From Obrimoposthia wandeli (Eukaryota), in the NCBI GenBank assembly GCA_977020255.1, contig CDROCS010000745.1, forward strand, positions 682,001 through 746,000: DNA of 64,000 bases, in the 5' to 3' direction. The notes beneath the pieces were generated by a model. The model worked only from the letters and a program-made list of their open reading frames with translations. It made no database searches and was not told the DNA's origin. Both the position numbers and the translations under genes were made by a program. Positions 1 to 7,907 of this stretch are shown here, in pieces. Every line of letters begins with the position of its first letter. The stretch's first letter is position 1.

Positions 1-1
1 A

Positions 2-142
2 TGTTTCCAATTGACGGAACGAACGAGCCAACCTCACGAAGTCAAACAAGGAATAAATGAAGCGATGTATTTGATCGAGAATGTATTACAGAGACGAATT
101 GACGAAAACGGAGGTTGGGCAAAATTAAGCGACTACGCTAAA
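2..142 (+). CDS. C-terminal part (alpha5/alpha6-BH2) of a Bcl-2-like domain; frame open to the window edge
   Basis: CFQLTERTSQPHEVKQGINEAMYLIENVLQRRIDENGGWAKLSDY resembles Bcl-xL C...[23 protein letters not shown] in motif and spacing. No stop upstream within the window; BH1 is not visible. Confidence 0.6.
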
Positions 143-244
143 ACCATTGTGGAAATGAATGAAGACGATGACGAACAATGTCATGAGAATCGTCAAAAGG
201 AAAATAAACAATACCGTCCGAAAGAGAGAAACAATCAACCAAAT

Positions 245-2100
245 ATGTCCACAACAATGATGATGATGATGTTAGTAATGTTTATGGGAATGCAACAGGC
301 ATCAGGATTGATAGCATATGACTGTAGCATACCAAAGATGGGACAAAAGTATTCACTGCTTGACAGCGAAGACTGTCCAGAATCACAACCGTCAAAACTA
401 GAAGTTCAAGGTGTTGAAAACTACTTTATGTATCAGGATGTTGATAAAGTACAAGTAGAAGTGAAAGAATGTTCAATCCATTCAAGTTATCACGAATTCT
501 ATTGTGGCCATAGAAGTTTTATGTCAGAAATCACACCTACCACACCGTACAAGGCACATAAGGTTTTGCCGAGAGATTGCGAAGACGCATTTCGAACGGG
601 AACAATAGAGGTAGACAAGAATTACAAACCTGAAGTAAAAATTGGAGTGAGACGATACGAAACAGTCACGAGAGTCGGACAACGATGGGCTGATGGATCT
701 TGTGACGGAGAAACAAAAAACGTGCGTGGAACCAAAGTATCTGAGTTAGTAATGGATGTAACTTACAAAATCGAATTAAAAACATGGACCGCCAATTTTG
801 ATAAAAAGACACAACTAATGATGAAGTATCCAGAATGTAAAATGACAGATACATCTTGTTTTACAGGTGAATCCACAATTGTGTATCACATAAATCCGAA
901 GCAATGCTCTTTAGTATTTTTGAAAGAGATTAGCTTTAATAAAATAAAAGGATTCCTGTATAATAAAGATGGAGAAGGGTTCCTGTATAATAAAGTAGGA
1001 AAAGGATTGCTAAATGAAACAAGACCAATTCCAATGACAAAAACACCTACACTGTTAATGGCAACATCAATAGAAGAAGGATTGATATTTATTAAAAAGA
1101 GAAACAAAGCGCGATGCGGAATGACTGTTAGTACTACAAACTATCCAGGAATAGTTTTGTCTAAAGAAGCAATAGCATTGGCAGAAACCAAGCTAAAACC
1201 AAAAGATATGCAGCTACACACGTATTTTAATAATAAAATTGATTTCTATTATCATAAAGGATTGATGCAGATGGAACAGTTATATCGGATGATGATCGAA
1301 AGAGATTGCCAGCTAAACAAAGAGATCGTAAGAACAAAATTAGCATTAGCTATTACGAATCCAGACATGGTAGCACCATTATTACCCTTGGATGAAGGAG
1401 TATTTGCTAAAACCATGGGAGAAGTATTGTATACTTACAAGTGTAATAAAGTAGAGGTACAGTTGAGAAAAACAGATCGATGTACGAGCGAATTGGCAGT
1501 AACGTATAATTTAAAAGATCTTTTTGTTGAACCAATCACGAGAATGTTACTTCCAAAAGACACTCCAACTAAAGAAATCAGCTGCTCTAATATAATGGCA
1601 CCTGAATATCAGATGACGAATAATCTATGGATAACGTTACCTGATCGGAAGCCAACGACAACCCCAGCGATGATAAGAATGACGAATCTTAAAGGTAAAA
1701 TGAAATTCCAAGCGGTGGAAAATATGGAGAACGCAGGATTGTACAATGAAAAAGATTTAAAAGCGGCGTGGAACGAAATAATGTTTCCAGTAAGAAGAGC
1801 CAGAGTACTTACGGAGATGGTACATCGAGCATTACCGCCAGGAGCGAGATATGCGAATTTCGATATGTTATTATCGCCAAGTCATTTCAAGGAAGCAGCA
1901 CATCAGACACTTAGAAAGATGTGGGGAAATTCCTTGTTTTAGGACAATTATTTTCGGGTATCATAGGTATTTATGTTATAATTAAATTTGTGCAGGTAAT
2001 TATAGCCCAGGTGTTGTCTACGTATAGTTTATACAGGATAACCGGAATCACCTGGCAACTTATAATTGGATGTTTTCCATTTTTAGCAAAATATCTAATG
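245..2100 (+). CDS. Env-like glycoprotein of the chuvirus (Jingchuvirales) / gB-like class III fusion type; ectodomain in ORF 11..1942, TM anchor in ORF 1921..7338
   Basis: Signal peptide MSTTMMMMMLVMFMGMQQASG, then LIAYDC..SLLDSEDC, DGSCDG, DCQLNKEIV..LAITNPD..GEVLYTYKCNKVEVQL, and WG(K)FLVLGQLFSGIIGIYVII TM after a -1 shift. These match the chuvirus glycoprotein pattern as I recall it. Confidence 0.8.
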
Positions 2101-5100
2101 CACCATCATCACGAGAACGAGTTGCGAGCCCTCAAGAAGGAACAACACCAAACGAGAACCATGATGCGAGAACCAAGAAACTATCGAGACGACAACGACG
2201 ACGATAATGATAGTCCAGGAGTATATGCAAAGATACCAGGAAAACCAAAGATTCCGTTACCAGACAAGGAAGAAGTAGCGTTAAACCTATATCCAATGAA
2301 GGAACTAAAGGAGGAAAAGGAAAAGTTCAAGAGAGGCATCTTAATGATAAGATGGCCTAAAGTGAGCTACAGTGAAATTCCACAAGCAGAGGAAAAAGAC
2401 AAAAAAGATAATTCCAGAAGAATTCTGAAGTCTAGGATATCCAATGAGAATCCAAATGCTCCACCACAAGTAGCAGTAACATTGAACGGAAGAGAATATC
2501 TTGCCGAAGTTGATACCGGATCAGCAGTATCAGTGCTAAGTAAAGAAATCTTGTCATCAAAAGAATTAAGAGAAGTATGTCCTAGAAAACAGACATTTGT
2601 TAACGTGAATGGTACAGATGTAGTGTCGGAAGGAACACTGAAATGTACATTGAATATCGATGGAAGAGCATTACAGTTAAATGCTAGAATATTCACAGAT
2701 TGCGGTAGTCCAGTCATGATTGGGATGGACGTAATACGAATGTTTGAAGGAATAATTATACTACCAAACAACAAGAATTATAAGAATGACAGTTCAGTGA
2801 GAGAGATAAAAATGTTGAGAGGACCTATAGTCGAAAAGGAAAAATGCACTACGTTCCGTATGGGAGGTTCGTACCCAGACAGAAAACAGGAAGCGCTAGC
2901 AAAGTCGATACTTCACTACAAAAATGTAAATTTCGGACCACAAGATACGACGAGGAGAAAAATAACATATGTAAATCTGTCAGAAAGGGATCCCATGAGA
3001 TTCGAGAGAAAGAGACGAAACATATTAGAACAGTACTATTCAAAAGGAATGGCACGTAAAATGGCAAGATCAGGTTTAGAAATGTTAAACGCAACAAGCA
3101 GTTATGGTCAGGAGATAGTAGTACGATGCGTATGGTGTAGAGTAAAGTTTAGAGAATGGGAACAGAATGAAAACCCAATGAGACGTCATAAAAGAGATGC
3201 ACCAAATTGTCCATTTCTTTTGAAACTGAAAACGTCAAACGTACCAGAAATCCAAACGGGAAAAGCACCCGATTTCGATTACAGTAACGGGATTCCAAAA
3301 GGAGAATCAGCTCTAATAACAGGAAGAGTAATAACGAATAGTCGAATTGAAGATATATTCGAAGTTATGCGAGAAGTGAACGAATGTGACGAACAATATC
3401 GAGAAGTAACTTTCGAAGATCCAAGACTTAAAAAATTGGCAAAAAAGGGACTTTTTGCTATAAAAAAGGATGGTAAAGACGTAATTAAATGCCACAAGTG
3501 TAAAAAAGAACGAATCATCGACAGATATACTCTTGAGCTACCTAAGAAAATTTTACATCATGAATTTTGCGAATTTTGTATTTTTAAAAACAAAATAAAG
3601 CAAAAAGAACAGAAAACCGAATGTATAATCGAATACCAGATCACACGGAAAGAGATTTTGGCTCAACAAGACACACCGGTAGTGTCATTCGTGAGAAGGT
3701 TATATCCAAAAGAAGCAGAAAGAATCAGAGAATTGGTAGAATTAAAAATAAAAACTACGCGAAACGGATACGGATCGATTTTTGAATTACTGCGAGATAA
3801 AGATGACAGTACAATTGAAACAAAAGAGAAAGAGTACATAAATGAACTAGAATACGTACTAGAAGATCCGGAATGCGCAGTTTGCATGGTCAACAAAATA
3901 GAAGTTGCCTTTCTACCATGCGGACATGTAAGAACATGTCGGAGATGTGCAAACGAAATGGTATCATGTCCAATTTGTCGAAGAATAATAGATCGACAAG
4001 TGAGAAACATTAGATTTCACTATCCAAACATAGGAAGTGGACTGACAGAGTGTAATAATTCGATAAATACAATATACCACATGGGAAACATAAATGGAGC
4101 ACAGCGACCAGCAGCTATCATTAGAGTAAATAATTTAAGAGTAAAAGCCTTAATTGATACAGGTGCTGTAGCTTCGATAGTAAGTGAAGACTGTTTGACA
4201 GAGGAACAGAAACGAACAATGGCAGAGCCGGATGAGTTCTTGGTATCGGTCAATGGAGACCCTGTTAAAGTGACGGGAATATTACCATGTACATTTATAA
4301 TTGGACGTAATACGATCACTATACCAGTTAGAATCATGAAAGAATGTCCTGAACCTACAATTTTAGGAATGGATGTACTATCACAACTTAAAGGGATAAG
4401 TATTGATTTACAAGATCCAAGATTGAAGGATAGCACATCAAACAGAAAAATAAACCAAATTGACGTAATTATAGAGAATCCTATAAAAATCGGTAAAAGA
4501 TCACAATTTCTCATTCAAGGTCACACATTATCAGAAGATAAAGGACCAGTTGTGTTCGAACCATCACGAGATTTCATAGAGAAATACGAATTACCAGTTG
4601 TGAGTACAGTATGCCTGATCGAAAACCACAAAATACCAGTTAGACTGATGAATACAACCAACAATGACATTCTATTATTGACATTCTATTATAGAGGAAT
4701 GAGGTTGGGAAAGATAGCACAGATGGAGAATCCCACCGTGTGTGCTATGAAACTCGATAAAGATACGAACGATTACGAAGAAATAGTAATCCAATCAGAA
4801 AGACTGACAACTAGAGAAAAGAAACAATTACTTGATCTAATACATAAATTTCCGAAAGTAATTGCAAAAAATCCATATGACATAGGAGAAACACCTGTCA
4901 TAAAACATACAATACCACTGACAGAAGACAAAGTAGTCAGAAGAAGACCATATCGAGTACCATTACAATTACAAGATGAAGTAAAAAGTCAGATTGAAGA
5001 TATGTCTAAAACAGGAGTAATTAGACCGAGTTTTTCGCCATTCTCAGCACCTGTGGTGTTGGTAAAAAAGAAGGATGGGAAAATGAGATTCTGTATAGAT

Positions 5101-7338
5101 TTCAGAGAACTGAACAAGATCACAAGAAAAGATGTGTATCCATTACCTAGAATCGAAGAGATGCTCGATAAATTGGGTAATTCAGATTATTTTACGACAT
5201 TGGATTTGCAGAGTGGATACTGGCAAATCGAGATAGAGGAAGAGGATAAACACAAAACAGCCTTTTCCTGCGGAGATGGATTATACGAATGCGAAAAAAT
5301 GCCATTCGGACTGACAGGAGCTCCAGCAACATTTCAGCGTTGCATGAATTTTGTACTCGCATCGTGTGCAAACACGATGGTTTATATCGATGACATAATA
5401 ATATTTTCGAAAACGTTCGAAGAACATTTAAAAAATCTTGAAGTTGTATTTAAAAGACTGGAAAATGATAAATTAAAAGTTAAACCTACAAAATGCGAAT
5501 GGGCTAAAGAGCGAGTAACATTTTTAGGACATATAGTATCGAAAGAAGGCATTCGACCTGATCCGGCAAAGATCGAGAAAGTAAAAGCGCATTTAGCACC
5601 AAAGACCGTTAAGGAGATACAAAGTTTTTTAGGTCTTGCGAATTATTATAGACGATTTGTTGAACATTTTTCAGATATAGCAACACCATTGAGAAAGTTG
5701 ACGAGAAAAGATGAGAAGTTCATATGGGGAGAAGAAGCCCAACAAGCGTTCGAGCATTTAAAAGAAAGACTGATAAAAGCACCAATATTAGCGTTTCCAG
5801 ATATAAACCGACAATTCATACTCATGACAGATGCAAGTAACTATGCTGTAGGAGCAGTATTGGGACAAGAGGATGACGAAGGAAGAGAACACGTCATTGC
5901 GTATGCAAGTAGAGGATTAAACAGAGCCGAAAGAGGATACTCTGTTATCGAAAAGGAATGTCTAGCCATAGTGTATTCATGTAGACAGTACAGACACTAT
6001 TTGCTAGGACAAAAAGTATTCCTGTATACAGATCACAAACCACTACAGTTCTTATATAAACATAGAGATGAGATGAGTAGATTAAACAGATGGTTTCTAA
6101 AATTGGCCGAATTCGATCTAGAAATCCGTTATAGAACCGGAAAGTCGAACGGCAACGCAGATTGTTTATCGAGATTGACAAATGTAGACGAGAAAGGAAA
6201 CATAATTCCAGAAGAAGATGAAACCAATGACCAAAAAGGAGAAGCAAATCTACTGACGATTTTGCTAAAGACGGGTAAAATAGACAAAGAGATCATCAAA
6301 GAACAGAAAGAAGATGAAGAACTGAGTCTAATTAAAGAATTGCTGGTGAAAGGAGATCTAAACGATGAAATGACGAAAAAATACTCGATAAAAGAAGGAA
6401 TCTTGTATATTGTCAATAATGTCGGAAAGATAGTAGTAGTAATTCCGAAGTCATTGAAAACAGCAGTGATGATCCAGTATCACGACGGAACACTAGGAGG
6501 ACATCTGTCAGGGCGAAAGACAATAGCCAGAATCAAAGAAAGGTACCATTGGGATGGTATGGAAGACGACATAAAACAATGGTGTAAACAATGTAAAGTA
6601 TGTTTAACCAGAAAAGACACCGGAACTCGTACTAAAGTTCCACTGAAACCAATGCCAGTTCCCTTGGCACCAATGGAATTCACAGCAATGGATATATTGG
6701 GACCATTGAGAGAATCAAGTAAAGGAAACAAGTACGTCATAGTATTTACAGACTATATGACGAGATGGGTAGAAGCATATCCCATGCAGAACCAGAAAGC
6801 TGAAACAATAGCACAAATCTTAGTGGAAGAGATAATATTTCGATATGGAGTGCCTAGAAAGTTGTTAACGGATCAAGGTAAGAACTTCACTGGAGAAGTC
6901 ATAAAAGCAGTATCGAAGATATTCGGAATCATGAAGTTACAAACTTCACCATATCACCCACAGACAGATGGTCTGGTAGAAAGGTTTAATAAAACTTTAT
7001 GTATGATGGTACAATCCTATTGCTCGGACAAGCAAGAGGATTGGGATAAATATTTACCTTCATGTTTATATGCTTACAGGAATTCAGTTCGAGAGGCGAC
7101 GGGTCACACACCATTCTATCTGATGTATCTCAGACAGAACAATATGCCGATGGATCTGGAGTGGACCGAGCCAACATCTCAGTACCTAGAAACTGAACAA
7201 TACATTGTCGTCATGAAGGAAAGGTTACAAGATGCTTGGACCAAAGCCGGATTGAAGTTGAAATTCAATCAAGAAGGTTACAAGGAACAATACGACAAAA
7301 AGCAAAACCACATGAATTTAGAGTCGGAGATCAAGTGA
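1921..7338 (+). CDS. pol: Polyprotein: env TM/tail - aspartic protease 1 - BIR - degenerate BIR - RING - aspartic protease 2 - RT - RNase H - integrase
   Basis: AEVDTGS (~2512); CVWC..WEQNENPMRRHKRDAPNCPF (BIR, ~3050-3220); CHKC..HHEFC (~3420-3580); CAVC..FLPCGHV.TC..C...CPICR (IAP-type RING, ~3870-3995); LIDTGA (~4156); LDLQSGYWQI, MPFGL, YIDD; TDASNYAVGAVL; HDGTLGGH..CKQC; AMDILGP, TDQG, GLVERFN. Confidence 0.95.
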   Translation: MGKFLVLGQLFSGIIGIYVIIKFVQVIIAQVLSTYSLYRITGITWQLIIGCFPFLAKYLMHHHHENELRALKKEQHQTRTMMREPRNYRDDNDDDNDSPGVYAKIPGKPKIPLPDKEEVALNLYPMKELKEEKEKFKRGILMIRWPKVSYSEIPQAEEKDKKDNSRRILKSRISNENPNAPPQVAVTLNGREYLAEVDTGSAVSVLSKEILSSKELREVCPRKQTFVNVNGTDVVSEGTLKCTLNIDGRALQLNARIFTDCGSPVMIGMDVIRMFEGIIILPNNKNYKNDSSVREIKMLRGPIVEKEKCTTFRMGGSYPDRKQEALAKSILHYKNVNFGPQDTTRRKITYVNLSERDPMRFERKRRNILEQYYSKGMARKMARSGLEMLNATSSYGQEIVVRCVWCRVKFREWEQNENPMRRHKRDAPNCPFLLKLKTSNVPEIQTGKAPDFDYSNGIPKGESALITGRVITNSRIEDIFEVMREVNECDEQYREVTFEDPRLKKLAKKGLFAIKKDGKDVIKCHKCKKERIIDRYTLELPKKILHHEFCEFCIFKNKIKQKEQKTECIIEYQITRKEILAQQDTPVVSFVRRLYPKEAERIRELVELKIKTTRNGYGSIFELLRDKDDSTIETKEKEYINELEYVLEDPECAVCMVNKIEVAFLPCGHVRTCRRCANEMVSCPICRRIIDRQVRNIRFHYPNIGSGLTECNNSINTIYHMGNINGAQRPAAIIRVNNLRVKALIDTGAVASIVSEDCLTEEQKRTMAEPDEFLVSVNGDPVKVTGILPCTFIIGRNTITIPVRIMKECPEPTILGMDVLSQLKGISIDLQDPRLKDSTSNRKINQIDVIIENPIKIGKRSQFLIQGHTLSEDKGPVVFEPSRDFIEKYELPVVSTVCLIENHKIPVRLMNTTNNDILLLTFYYRGMRLGKIAQMENPTVCAMKLDKDTNDYEEIVIQSERLTTREKKQLLDLIHKFPKVIAKNPYDIGETPVIKHTIPLTEDKVVRRRPYRVPLQLQDEVKSQIEDMSKTGVIRPSFSPFSAPVVLVKKKDGKMRFCIDFRELNKITRKDVYPLPRIEEMLDKLGNSDYFTTLDLQSGYWQIEIEEEDKHKTAFSCGDGLYECEKMPFGLTGAPATFQRCMNFVLASCANTMVYIDDIIIFSKTFEEHLKNLEVVFKRLENDKLKVKPTKCEWAKERVTFLGHIVSKEGIRPDPAKIEKVKAHLAPKTVKEIQSFLGLANYYRRFVEHFSDIATPLRKLTRKDEKFIWGEEAQQAFEHLKERLIKAPILAFPDINRQFILMTDASNYAVGAVLGQEDDEGREHVIAYASRGLNRAERGYSVIEKECLAIVYSCRQYRHYLLGQKVFLYTDHKPLQFLYKHRDEMSRLNRWFLKLAEFDLEIRYRTGKSNGNADCLSRLTNVDEKGNIIPEEDETNDQKGEANLLTILLKTGKIDKEIIKEQKEDEELSLIKELLVKGDLNDEMTKKYSIKEGILYIVNNVGKIVVVIPKSLKTAVMIQYHDGTLGGHLSGRKTIARIKERYHWDGMEDDIKQWCKQCKVCLTRKDTGTRTKVPLKPMPVPLAPMEFTAMDILGPLRESSKGNKYVIVFTDYMTRWVEAYPMQNQKAETIAQILVEEIIFRYGVPRKLLTDQGKNFTGEVIKAVSKIFGIMKLQTSPYHPQTDGLVERFNKTLCMMVQSYCSDKQEDWDKYLPSCLYAYRNSVREATGHTPFYLMYLRQNNMPMDLEWTEPTSQYLETEQYIVVMKERLQDAWTKAGLKLKFNQEGYKEQYDKKQNHMNLESEIK

Positions 7339-7907
7339 TGATATTTTATCCAGTCATCGAACCAGGTCTATCGTTTAAACTTCATAGACCATACAAAGGA
7401 CCATACAAGGTGATCCAGACAACCTCAACAAATTTGAAAGTAATCAACGAGGAGAATCGGAACAAGGAGCCGATGATTGTACATGCAAATCGATGCAAAT
7501 TAGTACCAAATAAAGATAATGCGTCACGATATGAGTTAAGATCACAGAAATCGAAATCGAATACCAATACCATTAAACTTACACGAATGGTAAGTGATCG
7601 GAACTACATAAACATGATGACGAGTGGTAGCGAGGAAAAACCAGCGAGAATTGGTATGCTCAGAATGAAGTACCAAGAGGAAAAGGAAGTAATCCGACAC
7701 ATCGCACCACAAGAGATATTAGAAGAAGACGAAGAGATAATAGTTGTTTTCGAAAAAACACAACCAACAGATGTGGCGAAAGAAGTCATTGTGAAAGATG
7801 CACTGACAAACGAATTTCTGTGCGAACTTAGAGTGTCATACTACGACGGAAATACATTAGTCCAGCACTTTATCAAAATTCCAATGTGTTTACGACTGAG
7901 AAAGTGA
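7236..7907 (+). CDS. Integrase C-terminal (GPY/F-type) region plus first TIG/IPT-like repeat; frameshifted continuation of pol
   Basis: FRVGDQVMI..KLHRPYKGPYKVI..VHANRCK is a typical Gypsy IN C-terminus. Adding one A to the A5 run at ~7287-7291 joins it to pol as YDKKAKPHEF. Confidence 0.85.
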   Translation: MDQSRIEVEIQSRRLQGTIRQKAKPHEFRVGDQVMIFYPVIEPGLSFKLHRPYKGPYKVIQTTSTNLKVINEENRNKEPMIVHANRCKLVPNKDNASRYELRSQKSKSNTNTIKLTRMVSDRNYINMMTSGSEEKPARIGMLRMKYQEEKEVIRHIAPQEILEEDEEIIVVFEKTQPTDVAKEVIVKDALTNEFLCELRVSYYDGNTLVQHFIKIPMCLRLRK

